Shown here piece after piece: positions 39,323 through 52,379 of a stretch of 64,000 bases of DNA (the first letter of the stretch is position 1; the number at the start of each line of letters is the position of its first letter). The notes below the pieces were generated by a model. That model did not search any database. It was not told the DNA's origin and saw only the letters and a list, made by a program, of their open reading frames with translations. A program made the translations under genes and the position numbers. This DNA comes from Phoronis australis (Eukaryota; Animalia; Phoronida), in assembly GCA_002633005.1 (NCBI GenBank), contig NMRA01000294.1:302948-366947 (forward strand), in the 5' to 3' direction.

Positions 39323-42300
39323 GGTTCTACCATAGGATCATTCATTTGTTTACTGAACTTGTGTTTCGAAAGACACGCAATATCATGGAGTTCAAACATT
39401 CAAAGTGTGTTTTTTATCGCGCTGCAGTTGCTAGCTTACTGGTAGGCCTACGATAAATACACGTACAAGGTATTGTGTTACACGATATACGTATTTGTTG
39501 GCTCACAGTTAAGTTTACGTTTCCCTTGGCACATTATTAGTTGTGTTGTTAGATTTAGGGGTCCGGTGCACTTGGTGCGAGGATCCTACCGTATTGTTCA
39601 GACGTCTCTAGACAGTCGTGTGGGTTTGCTAATTTTTGCTGATGTTAAGCGCAAACCTATAACTGTTTTTGAAAAATTCTTGTTTTCACTCATGTTGTTG
39701 GTTAATCCAAACCTAGTCTCAAAAATGTCGAATCATGGCGCAACTTTTTAATCGCTTTCCCAGTGGCCAGCTCTGCTTTGAAAACCCGATAATCTCACAC
39801 GTACAACTACTAACTCGTACAGTTTGCAGGGGCAACTATTCGGTTACCAGAGTACTGTGTTTGAGACCATCATCCCTGGATTGTCGGCAGAGTGAGCCTG
39901 CGGGAAGGGCGGTGCCTGAAGGTCATGAGGTCATTTAAGAGTCGAAGAAGCCGAGAGTCACTGACCTCGCAGACTTTTTCGAAAATGAAACCTAGAGGAA
40001 AAAGGATATTAGGAATGGAAATCGGAGCATTTTTCATTAAACAAATCAGCAGCTGTTCATGTGTTGTCTGAGACAAATTTTGTAATTCTGCTTGCACATT
40101 TCATTCATGTTTCATCGTAGCCGCTTATGTCACTACAAGAGTCCTTTTAAAGTTACCCCAACAATAAGGTGGTGTTTGTGGAACAAATACCTATGAAAGA
40201 GTGTCTGTCTTTTATACGGAAGCTTCATTACAACTGAGTCCCCTGTTTCGATCCTACTCACTTAATGTTCCAGTTGCACGCCACCAAAAGCATTTAGGAG
40301 TCACCAAGGAGAAGGCTTAGATAAGGGTGGGCGCATGTTCAGAAGTTTAGGTTTTATATATGGGTGCCACTTGACTGCCAATTAATTGAAGACTGAATAC
40401 GATCCGGGCATTAATTGACAAGCCAAACAATCTCTTTGACGTTCACGTTTTACTCTGAACTGAACCTGGCACAAGTTGATACATTGACAAGTAGCGCTAT
40501 TGTCCGCTGACGACATTAACAGTATTGTGTAAATTTATGAATGAGTAGGAGTATAAAGTTGCACCAGTCATTGTGTGATGACTTTTGTACATTGTGCGTA
40601 AATATTTATACAAGAAATATAAATAGAATACCTTTTTTTCTGTTGCTTACAATATTTCCGTCTAAAGTAGACAGATAAATACGAACCAGTTTTCCCTGAA
40701 CATAATGAAAAGCATTTGAAGCGAAGTTATTTGTTGTTTAGTTAATAAAGTTGATTACATTTTTAGCTGCATTCAACAGCATTGTCTGTTTATGTGTTCT
40801 TTATTCGTCAAAGCTATTCGTTATTAGCTATTATGACAGCATCAAATTGGGAAACCTTGTACGTATTTGACATTTTATCTTCATCCCGTGGTTTACATAC
40901 AGTCCAAGGTTTCGACGCACATTAGTGTTAAGCCCATTTCTCGCACAGTCCAATGAGATCGGCCAGTACAGGCAAGTCCTCGTGACGCGCAACAAAGGAG
41001 TGGTCTTCGGCGAGAACACGCCTCAATATAATGAAATTCTGTACACAATTATTGATTAGTCATTGCCTCACATTGAAACGTGTACATGTACCCGCTCAGT
41101 TCACCTAAGCCGCAACCATCGCCCACGACGATCATTGCACTAACTGAAATGCACGGTAAACATTTTAAACAACGAAACTACACTGTACTCGACAACATAA
41201 ATAAGAATTCTCGCTAAGTACGCTTTTGCCATGACAACAGGTGAAAGACTTTCCTGAAGTAATTATAAACCACGCCATTTCAAATGTGTGTGTTGCACTT
41301 TTTAAAAACATGGAAAGGAACCAACGCTCAGAATAAGAATTTATTTGACAATTAAAATAAGCTTATATTTGTACACAAATGGCCGCGGGCCAAAAATTAC
41401 GTTCAGTGAAGTGAAGATGACGTCGAACGAACGGAGACTGTCCTTTTTGACAAATGTGTCGCGAATTTTTGGACAGGTTAATGATCAATTATTAATTAAA
41501 ATGCTTGGGTCAATTTCCCTCCTATCAATTTAGTTATCTGTGAAGGGCGATGATGGAAGACAATGTGGGTATTTACACAAATCGCATGTTTGAAACGCTT
41601 AAATATTGTTATTGAGTGTGTCTCAGAGAAATGGTGCTTTAGTTTCGCATATGACTCTATTCGTTATTGTCAGTTGCTAAATTAACACATTGCCAATCAA
41701 ATTGTTTCTGCTAGGTTTATTGATTATGAAATGGCTGGTTTCTCCGAATGGGATAGCCCGTACATTTTTGTGGATTGGGGTTTTCCTTGAACGATCGTTG
41801 ACTGCGGTTACGAAACAGATCTCAGTATATCCGTGACTAAAGATATGATGGCAGTCTTTTGTATAGCCCGTCCTGGTGTGATCATTTCCCGGTAAATGAC
41901 GATTGGGAAATTAAAACCTGTAACTGACAGCCAAAGAAGTCGCGGGTTGTTGACCCCAAAGTTGGCCTGGTGTGACGAACTTGCTGAAACTAGTCCATCT
42001 TGCAATTAATTATGCTTATAACTGGATTAAAATAAATGTCAACTGCACGGGTACTAGTGACAAAGGTATGAGGGTAGTAGCGCAAGAAGGGTGGGGCTAT
42101 AGAGGGTTGTACTGGACAGAAAGGGCATACTATTAGGGGCAGACGTGCAAGGGTTCACACATGTTATGGTTGTCTCAGTTAACGTTATCTAAAATATAGG
42201 AGCGTGTAAACCGCACCTCCGAGAGAAATGATACCGCGCGTTAACATGTAATTGTTGGCCTGCATAATTACTGTATATGACTGGAAAGGAAAAAAGGCGA

Positions 42301-43545
42301 TGACTGACACCAAAGTAGAACGAGGAGCAGCGAGGAATGTGTTAGATTAACCATTGAGGTTAGTTGGCCTCATTACAAGCAAACACATAGTACAGTAACT
42401 ATGACATATTTGTTTCAAGCAAGGCGGTCTATTAACAGTCAAACGTGTATGGATTATTTTATTGGTTAACAAATAACTTGCACCACGACTATTATAAGTA
42501 AACAAATATGACTTCCCTGACTTATATCACGGTGTTGTTGTTCCATCGAGCAAAGGTCAAAATATAGGTCACAAATATCAAGTGTTCCAAGAAATGATGG
42601 AACTAACGCGTTGTCACAGCAACAACGTCACTTGAAACAATCCATAATTAGCTTTCTCTGAAAACCATTATATAATTACTTAAGTAGCGGGCACCTCCCA
42701 GATGTTCGGAACGGTGATTCTGTTGCTGCTGAAAATCTGGGATAAACAACAATGAGGAGGTTTGCTGCACAAATGTTTCGAAGTTAAACAATCTTACAGA
42801 ACACGTGCTGACATCTCTTAAATTGGTCAGTCCCAAATGGTTGAACACTCACAGCAAAAATGTTTGCGGTTTTATCATGGTGCTATCAAGGTACACAAAA
42901 GCACTGAAAGACATGTTTTGCGGTTAATCTATGACCCGCCATTGGTCTTATTTCAAGAAAATGAAGAACCAACGGAAAGATTACGCACTGCATAAATATC
43001 GCTATCTTTTTCTTCGAAATGAGTTGGTGGTCGCAATCAAAGTAAGCGTTGAAGCAATCAAACGTTTTTTTTTCGGAAACACTTTACTACCTAAATCAAT
43101 GTTCATTCGCCGAAAACTGAAATTAACTGCCACAATATAAACATTCTTTAACAAGCGAAATTGCCTGGATAAAAATTTTTCTCGAATGTGTTAAAATAAG
43201 ATATCGAACGAATGCAGTACATACGTCAGCAATGGCTCAGTTAACGAAATACAAAACAGACATACAGTTGTAAACACATAACATTAAATTACAACTACGT
43301 AACTGTAGTCAAGTTTAGACCAAGCATTATAATAAATAACATATAAATCAAATCACGACGTTTACACCGTGAGCACCATAGTTCTAAGAAAAAATAAAAA
43401 ACTACCATGTACAACAAGGAAAAAGTGCGTATTGATTGGTTCAGGTGTCTCTTCTGGGAAACACTGGGTAATGAGCCTACCTGGTAATTATTTAAATAAA
43501 TTACACTGAGCACCAAACAGAATGATATGATACGGATCAACTCAG

Positions 43546-44250
43546 TCATATATGATGCGGGTACTCCTGTAAATATCGTTTTAATAGCTTGGGCAGTTGA
43601 ACACATCCAATGTTTTCCTGCGGTAGCACCGAGTTTATAGTTGTTCTACATAAATGCTGTAAGGACGATACTTGTTTGAGGACAGGGTTTACAAGTTTAA
43701 CTGGCAAGTCTCTTCGTCCACCTCGATCCAACCACACGCATTTGTGCTTTCCTTCGGCCTTACTTAAACGCATGTAGTGGTGAACCAAGTCGACGACGTT
43801 ATCAAACATTGGCATTTGGCCCACTAAGACGTCTTCACAGTCCAGGTGAAATTTGCCTCCGTTGTATAAAATGCGAATGCTGGTTATCCCGCGTCGAGTT
43901 TGGACACTTAGGGCAAACAAGTATCTAGGGTCTACACTGTTCCTCATAATAAATGCACCTTCGGAGTATCCCTTTAATAATAATTTGGCATCGTGTCTAT
44001 TTATACCTTCGTAAAACCATCCACTAGTCCGAAGGGATTGCAGCGACCCATTGATTTTCTTGATGTCCCTGTCCGAGTCCCCGTCGTGTTTTAGAGACGC
44101 TGCCTGTTCCCGGTTCGTCAAACCTTTCATGGGATCCCTAGAACAAGAGGGATGAACGGATTCCGGCAATGTGAACGATCGCAGAATCCCCTTGATTTGT
44201 TCACGTGAAAACGGTGCACAAGGCATTGAGATGGGTTCAGCCAGCCTCAA
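43546..44250 (-). CDS. SOCS2: SOCS2/CISH-like suppressor of cytokine signalling, main coding exon (SH2 + SOCS box)
   Basis: Extended SH2 helix followed by GWFYEGINRHDAKLLL..GAFIMRNS..YLFALSV..RGITSIRI. C-terminal SOCS box VSSLQHLCRTTIN..LPKLLKRYLQEYP. Minus-strand acceptor atttttgcag ends at 44251. An alternative in-exon ATG lies at 44226. SOCS2 versus CISH orthology is unresolved. Confidence 0.92.
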   Translation of the reverse strand: MRLAEPISMPCAPFSREQIKGILRSFTLPESVHPSCSRDPMKGLTNREQAASLKHDGDSDRDIKKINGSLQSLRTSGWFYEGINRHDAKLLLKGYSEGAFIMRNSVDPRYLFALSVQTRRGITSIRILYNGGKFHLDCEDVLVGQMPMFDNVVDLVHHYMRLSKAEGKHKCVWLDRGGRRDLPVKLVNPVLKQVSSLQHLCRTTINSVLPQENIGCVQLPKLLKRYLQEYPHHI

Positions 44251-44434
44251 CTGCAAAAATCACGACACAATTCACTTCCAACTAATCCAATGCAGTTCAC
44301 CAGCGGAAGGCCAAAACACTAGCCACTAAAGGCTACTGACGCTCCAGTTGAGAGGCGGTAAATTTTGTTTAATGAAGAGAGTCCCTGAGATCGCGACTCG
44401 ACTGTCGTCGTATTCAATCTGAACGCAAACTTAC

Positions 44435-44455
44435 ACTGTCAGCCTTTTCATACAT
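44435..44455 (-). CDS. SOCS2: Predicted first coding micro-exon of the SOCS gene (MYEKADS)
   Basis: Minus strand reads ATG TAT GAA AAG GCT GAC AGT|GTAAGT. A phase-0, 184-bp intron (44434..44251) joins in frame to TTG AGG CTG of the main exon, giving 241 aa. Confidence 0.65.
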
Positions 44456-44465
44456 GAACTCAAAA

Positions 44466-44579
44466 TTCTAGGAATACGCAGCAGTTTTCTTTCAGTCCTT
44501 ATTTCGAGGAAATACCCGGCGTGCCATATAAGGAAGTGACCTGACGTCACGTGAACAAACAGAGAGATTCCCAAGGTCA
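44466..44579 (-). promoter_or_regulatory. Putative SOCS proximal promoter/5'UTR: 2 GAS (STAT) sites, CArG/TATA-like box, ETS core, CRE, E-box, NR5A site
   Basis: TTCTAGGAA 44466-74, TTCGAGGAA 44503-11, CCATATAAGG 44524-33, GGAAGT 44532-37, TGACGTCA 44542-49, CACGTG 44548-53, CCAAGGTCA 44571-79. Confidence 0.7.
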
Positions 44580-45323
44580 GTTACATGGCAGCCGCAGGCT
44601 AAGCAAAGGGTTGGCGGACAAACTAATCCGGTCCCTGCAGCGTTAATGGTTAATGAGAAGTTTATTCAAGAAAACTGTAGTCAATCAGATTTGCAGCAGC
44701 TGGCTCGTATTATTATTGATGGTGGTGTTGAGCGCTCAATCAGCATGTTAGACACGGGAGACAGCTGCCACTGACCAACGCTTAGCCGGGCACACGGACG
44801 GCTCTCCGAACGGGCTGGCCCTATTGAGTTCGCTCCTTTCCTGATTTTCTTTTCTTGTCGTCTTCTCGTGATTTTCTGTGCTTGCCTGCTATGTGAAAGA
44901 ATATATTGCAAAGCAGTGACGAATTAATATTTCCCGGTAAAGGGTTTTGAATAATGCGATGTATTGACCTCGAGCCGGCACATTGAAACGTCAGTGACCT
45001 CTGACTTACATGCACAAAACAGAATCGCACCGGTCCCCAAGCACTGCCTGGCGCCGGGGAAAATGACCTGACCGCATTACAACGAGCGTTCGCATGTGTT
45101 CGGCACTCGATTCCGGCTTGCAACTGTTCAATGAATTTGTGGAAAGAGGCAGCAATCTCTTTTTTCAATACACAAAACTACTTTTTATAAACAATGTGGC
45201 GTTGCCACCCCATAACTCAGTGAGACTACTGAGCTCAAAAGCCCTCAGCCAACTCCACCAATATATCAGTAGGGCTTGAGGTTATTAAAATGCCGAACAC
45301 TTGGAATGTTTAAAGTCGGCAAT

Positions 45324-45479
45324 CAGTGGCGGATTTAGAGGGGGGCCAAGGGGGCCATGCCCCCACCCCTAAAATTCTCCCACATTCCATTTGGCAATTC
45401 GGGGATGCGAATGTCTGACGGGCAAAATCTTGGCTAATACTGGCCCCTCCCTAACTCAAAATCCTGGATCCGCCCCCTG
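45324..45479. mobile_element. 156-bp MITE, CAGTGGCGGAT TIRs, 5-bp TSD GCAAT
   Basis: cagtggcggatttag..ctggatccgccccctg; gcaat at 45319-23 and 45480-84. Confidence 0.88.
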
Positions 45480-46665
45480 GCAATGGACTTTTTAGAATTT
45501 TCACATGGTTCTACGTTTGCGAAAAATAAATCACAATAGAGTCGAGTAAAATGCATGAATGTCAGAGGAACGTGCAGTGTGCCGTCCTGAGCGGTCATGG
45601 CTCGGTGAAGGCTCCGTCTTTGCTGCGCTGATTAAAGTGGCGTTTAAATCATATAACCAGTGTTTTTTGTTTTTTTTTAATTTTTTTATTCTCCCAGTTC
45701 AACATAAGTAAAGACAAAGGTCTGGGGTTCCCTTGCCTTACTTTACAATTCAATGAAATTGAAATTTACTAAGTTAAAAGTATACTTGAACCGGATTTTA
45801 GAAATACATTTAAAAAAAGAAAAAAAAACATACAAGACAGTGTAGTAGTATATGGCTCTGAAAAGGGAGAGAGTAATTTGGAATGATAAAATATCCTTAC
45901 ATTGCTATTAAATGATGCATTTGTGACCACCTGTTTGTAAATTTTTCCATTCGTAAATTTTTTGAATAAATATGTTTTTCACAGGAGTAATAACTGTTAA
46001 TTTCTTTTGTTAAGATAATTAATTTGGGGGTTTACCCTTGAGACGTTGCTTATATAAATGGAACTTTCAGAGACACAAGATTAAATTTTGAATTGGCTGC
46101 CTTCTGCGTCTGTTTCCAAAGAAACATATAACCACTGTTGGTGTACGGCATGTTTCCGAAATAAAACGTCACACATGCACTGACTGTAATTATAGACACT
46201 ACTTCATGGAAGAACAAATTAAATACCTCGAACGAAAAGAATACCACTTTCATCAATAGCACTTTCCTTGAAGATCACGTGGACTACATTGCCAACTGAA
46301 TTTGGAAAACGCAAGTGCGACAAATGTAAAATGAAAACGAAAACATTTTTGTTCCAAAATATGGTAGAACTAGCCCGATATACTCTAGGTTGTGCAAACA
46401 CAATTATTATACCGATTTAATGTTATTTTACTTATTTTTACCGCGATTGGTTAATTACTGGAGCAATCCCCCACCCCCTCTTCCTTTCCTACCACCATGT
46501 TTTGGCACTTTCCCGAGCCGATGGGGGCACTGAGTCTCAGACTGTCAGCTTTACTTCACTTTGGGGCCAATATCATGGTTCCGTGGGGTATGATGCTTAG
46601 GTTCAGTGCCGGAACAACACTAGATGACAGGTGCATCGGTAAGGCACACATTGCGTTCAAATCAC

Positions 46666-47773
46666 TCGATTTGCCAGCAGAATTGTAAGATTTCCTGTAT
46701 TATTCTAAGGTGAAAGGCATACTGTATTGAAAAAGACACATACGACTAAATTTCATTCATGTCCAGTTTGTGGTTCATAAGAAAGCGCACGGAAATCAAA
46801 TGTTTCGTTCAGTAGAACTGATAGGCCAATTATAATCGATATGCTCGTTTTCATTTGCCTTTTTAACTTCCTTGTGCATATTGATAGATTCCATCCACGT
46901 AATGAGTCATAATTGTTTCTTTTAATTTTTGCATTACGTTTTCTAAGAATTTCATTTTTGTCTCCGAACACGGCTCTATACGTTGAAACATCAAACCCCG
47001 GCTATTTTTCTGTTAATTATTGAACGCGATTTGATCCCGTGTTAATCAAGGCAGGCTGCCATCTGCGGGGTTATCATTGATATCAGGGTCAGGATCAACT
47101 CACCTCCCCCCCCTCTCTACCCCCACTGAAAATTGGCCTCGGCCTTGCCACTCCAATGAGAATTAGTCCCTTGTCTTCAGTGGAAAGAATTCGTGGTTCT
47201 TCATTGACTGAGACCGCGTTNTCGATTTGCCAGCAGAATTGTAAGATTTCCTGCCTCATTCCGGTGAAAGGCATACTGTATTGAAAAAGACACATACGAC
47301 TAAGTTTCATTCATGTCCAGTTTGTGGTTCATAAGAAAGCGCACGGAAATCAAATGTTTCGTGCAGTAGAACTGGTAGGCCAATTATAATCGATATGCTC
47401 GTTTTCATTTCCCTTTTAACTTCCTTGTGCATATTGATAGATTCCATCCACGTAATGAGTCATAATTGTTTCTTTTAATTTTTGCATTACGTTTTCTAAG
47501 AATTTCATTTTTGTCTCCGAACACGACTCTATACGTTGAGACATCAAACCCCGGCTATTTTTCTGTTAATTATTGAACGCGATTTGATCCCGTGTTAATC
47601 AAGGCAGGCTGCCATCTGCGGGGTTATCATTGATATCAGGGTCAGGATCAACTCACCTCCCCCCCCTCTCTACCCCCACTGAAAATTGGCCTCGGCCTTG
47701 CCACTCCAATGAGAATTAGTCCCTTGTCTTCAGTGGAAAGAATTCGTGGTTCTTCATTGACTGAGACCGCGTT
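46666..47773. repeat. Direct duplication of about 555 bp separated by a single N (probable assembly overlap)
   Basis: 46666-47220 and 47222-47773 are nearly identical; N at 47221. Confidence 0.9.
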
Positions 47774-50700
47774 CTGCTCACAAAACGACGAGGTCCAGTT
47801 TTACAGGATCTTCAAGTCGTGAAAAACTGGTCAAACGCAATCAGGTCCCTTCAAACAGGATGTCTGAGGTTATCTGGACGCATTTTCAACAAAAACCACT
47901 GGTGTAGTAAAAAATACGATTTCATCAGAGAATACGAAAATGTATAGCGTCCCAATTATCGGAATAATATTCAGCTGTGCGTGTTGCTTTGTTTTCACCG
48001 TCACTGAGGCTCGCAAACAAACCCCCTTACCGCTCATTCGTGTCCGGTTAGACTATTCCGATGGTTTACTGCGGAACGAGCTATTTTCTGGGAAACTGAA
48101 CTAACTGCAATTGATATAAAGAGTGCCCTTATGTCACACTTGACAATCACAAAAGCTCACTATAGACCGCATGTTGACTAATCGGTTATTCCATTTAGTT
48201 CATTGGTAGTTGTCGGTCAAATCCTACAACTATTATATCCGTATAAGCTTGTTTATGACAGCTGTGGTATTACCGCGAAGCGGTGATAACGACTGGAGTT
48301 CCCAGGCCCCATCGTGGCACTAAAGTACAGTTTACCTCTTATCTCAGTGTCATTCCCTAAAACTGTTGTTAGTCGAACTAAGCCACCACAGGTAGGAAAG
48401 TAACCGTCACCAATACTATTAATTCAAAAAGTTAACACTATCCCGGCAGTGAAACCTGGGTGTCATTCCTTTATGCTGGGCGTACGGTGTTGACACGGAG
48501 ACACCATGAATAACAACAATACTCAGACAAGTTCTTCATGAAACTTTTTCGTGGAAAACAGATTTGGGAGAATTGTTACACCTAATGGGAAAAGTAGATA
48601 TTTTGGGAAGATATTGTGGGAATAGCTCGCAGCAGCTAAACAACAATCTCACATAATAGCTTGCGTTCATTCTTTTATTATTAATTTGTCGATCTACATA
48701 AATATTTATAGTGACCTGTGATGAATTCAATATCAAGACTTGTAAGACAAATATAATTTTATCGTTTTCAGTTGTTTATCATTCCTACATATCATTGCAT
48801 GTATCAGGAATGTCCTGCCAGTGCAACCTACCGAGTCCTGGGGGTGCCTTCCAAGTTCCATACGAGAACGCGAAAGGATTTCAAAGCACCTTGCTGGTTT
48901 CCACATGTGCCAGAACACGCAGGTATCGGGATTTTTTTTACACCGCCGTTTAGTTTCTGCTTGTCGAATTCCCAACAGGTAGCCCTTCAAGCAAACAAAC
49001 TGGCATGATTAAAGCAGAAAGTGTAAATGTGTCATGTTGCACAGATAAATCGATGCTTAATTAATTCATGTTCACTAGAAATGTCAATTCTGTGAACTTG
49101 TAAACATGGTAAAGAAACACAATAACACAGGAGCTCGATTACATTGGTCCTTGTGTTCAGGTGTTCTTAAAACTGTGCACGAGTAGGTAAAACGAAAAAT
49201 GCTTGTAAATTGAAACTACATCCGACAAGGGTAAAACCGGTGACAAGTAAATCAAAGCAACGCTGTGCGTTTGCAAGTTCAACGAACTTGAAACTACTCC
49301 TTTATTCAGAGACAGTGCCTAAATGATAGTGAAAATTGTTACTCGCAACAGTACATGCGCTTGCCTGGGATCAGTTCTAGGAATTCTAGGTAATTGGTAA
49401 TTTTTGTGAAAGTCGCGTAACTGATAGCTGCCAGACTTCGTAACTCGCACATTTAATTTCCTAAATTGCTATCTTACATATTAGACGATTTTGATGTCAA
49501 GTTTGATGCTTCATTGGTGAATGTTAAACTTCATATTAAAGCGATACTGCTGAAGATGGCGCTTTCGAACGTAGGCTCAAACACTAATTTGTAACGGCAC
49601 ATTAGATGGGTTAATTTATTAATATGTCAAACTACACCCAGAGGAGGGGACATTGAACTGTGTCGACCCTCTGATTTTTATGGACATTCATCCATTTTTC
49701 TGATGGCATAAAATGTAAATCGCATGATTTTGGTGCACATTTTTAGTTAACTGTTTTATATATCTGTAATATGCAGGTCGCCATATTTGCCGCTACGAAA
49801 TGTTTCGCTTTGTAGATTGCCCTCATTAGCCAAGAAATTTGCAGAGTGGTCCCATTTTTGGAGAAGAATTTCAAAAATTTCCAGTTTTCTGTGCTTCTAA
49901 GCCCAATTATTGTTAATTATTAAAAGTGTTGTGGAAGTTTTGTTTGATCATAGCTTTACTTAAATCTAACCCATGGCACTATCCGTGATGAAGTCTATGT
50001 CTACTGTTTGGCTTTGCTGCCGGGGAATCGGGTAGATGAGTACGCCTCCTACGGTATATTGATATGCCGTTTGGCAATACTGATTTTTGCTTGAACAACG
50101 GAGCACTTTGATATGTGTCGATTTAGCAGAAAGGGTCGAGTACCTCTAATTGCAGAAATCCGTATAGAGGGCTTAATCAGCTCTTGCAGGGGCTACTGGA
50201 CATAAAATATGCTTTCAGCATTCAGTGTAGTGACCTCGTAGTACATGACCTTTCAGTCAATTAATGGCTCGACGAGATGTTTCTTTTTTTCTCTGGGATC
50301 CTACTAAAAAGCAAGGTCAAAAAACAGTGCCCCGGGAACAAGCCTCCATTAAGTGCATAGTGATGTCTGCTAACAAAGCACCTAATGTTACCTTCGTTCC
50401 TAGCTGCTATGAAGACTCACAAGCCATCGACAACCAGTACTAGTAGAGAAAGATTAACACGAAACTGAAGCTAGTTCCGGCTAAGTTGGTATTCTGAGAA
50501 CTTCACGCCTGGGAACTTGAGACAAGGTTTGCGCACCGCTAAGGAGATTACCGCTTCGCGTCGCATTGCATGAGTGTTTTTTCCACCGAGTAGATAAGAT
50601 AAACGGGAGAGATAAGATTAATTTGTGCTTCATTCAGTTATGTTAAATATTTATTCATGGTATCTGCGACAGTGTTGAGGACAAATGAATGAAACATTTA

Positions 50701-51193
50701 AATTCGTAATGGGATTTTTCAGTTACATGTAGTAGTGGTTCCGTAGTCCTAAGGGTATAACCTATGCCTTCGGACAAGGAAATGTGCGAGAGTAATGATG
50801 AGATTACCAGATCCTAGCACCCACCTAACCGAGCTTAGTCGTTACCCCTGTCATTGATGAACCACACGTCTAAGACCCAGCGCTATTTCGCTGAAATTGT
50901 ACTATAGGCCTACTGTAAGATAGCGTATCAGGTTTCTTTGAAATGAGACATTAGATTTGGCTGGTTGCTTTTCTTCGAAAAATATTTTGTAAAGTGATTT
51001 TTTCTAACTAGAAAACCTTGATTAGCGAATGCATTACTAGACAACACTATAGTGATATTTCTCGAGTAATTGCATATTAGGGTAGTAGCCCGGCGAGATA
51101 AAACATTGTAAGTTGATGAAGCTACAGATTATATTTCACTGTGTTTGGCATAATAAAAACAGATGGAGTTGGTAAGCTGACTCGCATGCTTAT

Positions 51194-51243
51194 CATGGTC
51201 GGCGCACGATAGGGGGTTGGGTGGAGGCTCATAGCCGCCCATG
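51194..51243. mobile_element. 50-bp internally deleted CATG-ended MITE, 5-bp TSD CTTAT
   Basis: cttat|catggtcggcgcac..gccgcccatg|cttat. Confidence 0.75.
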
Positions 51244-52212
51244 CTTATTCAATGTGATTGTTGCTATCGCAATTGGGTGGTGTGCAGCTGGTTTGCAATA
51301 AGAGTTACAGGGAAATAACATTGTAATATAAATAGTAATTAATTTTTGCATGGTCGGCGTTTGTAGATGATGCACATGTCTTCAGTCGCACTGTCGGCGA
51401 TGCATGTCTTCAGTCGCACTACCCTGTTCTCATCATGCACTGTAATTCTATTCTAAACAACACATTTGTTTTCTCGTGTTGTGTTCATAGGCCTAATCAG
51501 CTGTGAAATGTAACAGCGAGCCTATTGCAGATACATGGCACTGTATCTATTGGCGCTGAATTAAGGAATAAAACATCGTTTCACGACCCGGAATGACGTG
51601 ATAGACGGAAATATGTTCGACAAAACTGAGGTGGGTGAGAAAAAAGTGCATCTCATGAGGTCCGTAAGGGTTTGTAATCATCATAGCTAACACGGTCGTT
51701 GGCTCACGTCCCTGGGATCCGGATGCACATTTACGCATCGACTCAGCTGATGGATGAAACACAAGGTTTGAGTATCGCCTCGTATAGGTGTCCCTCTCAT
51801 GGACATGACACTCTCAAAAATCCCGTTGACATGCTCTTTTTTGGAGCTTACACGGACATTTTATTTGTCTTTGAAACTCGTAGTTGGGCACCTTTTTATG
51901 ACAATCTAGAGTCCACCTGTGCGCCTAAACAATATCCAACACCTACCACACAACTGACCTATTGCCAGGATTTTGAGTAACGGCTGAACTGACCATTTAG
52001 AACGCAGCATTATTGGCACACCTTCGTTTCCAAGCTGCCATTTTACCCGACAAACAACATGTTGCTGGGTAAAACATATTGTTTGTTACTCGACATTACG
52101 CAAAGGGGCGGAGCTTGCGATAGGTCAATTCGCAGTCCTCGTCAAAACAAGTAAGAGCCTTCAGTAGAACTCAGTAGGCTCTGCTCTCTCGTGCAGAGCT
52201 CTTTGGTACAAT

Positions 52213-52379
52213 GAGGCTGTAGGACAGGGTAGCTCACACACACAAGAAGGCTGCGGGACAGGATACCTCATACACAAGGAGGCTGTGGGACAGGGTGGAT
52301 CACTCACAAGGACTGAACCTTATTTGGGACAGGGTGGCCTCACACACAAAGAGGCTGTGGTACAGGGTAGCTCACACAA
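52213..52379. repeat. Minisatellite, about 33-bp unit x5
   Basis: Unit resembles gaggctgtgggacagggtagctcacacacaa. Confidence 0.85.

Noticed and set aside
46600-46670. RTE-like RT fragment (RCIGKAHIAFKSL)
   Set aside because: A single 13-aa resemblance with no adjacent RT motifs.
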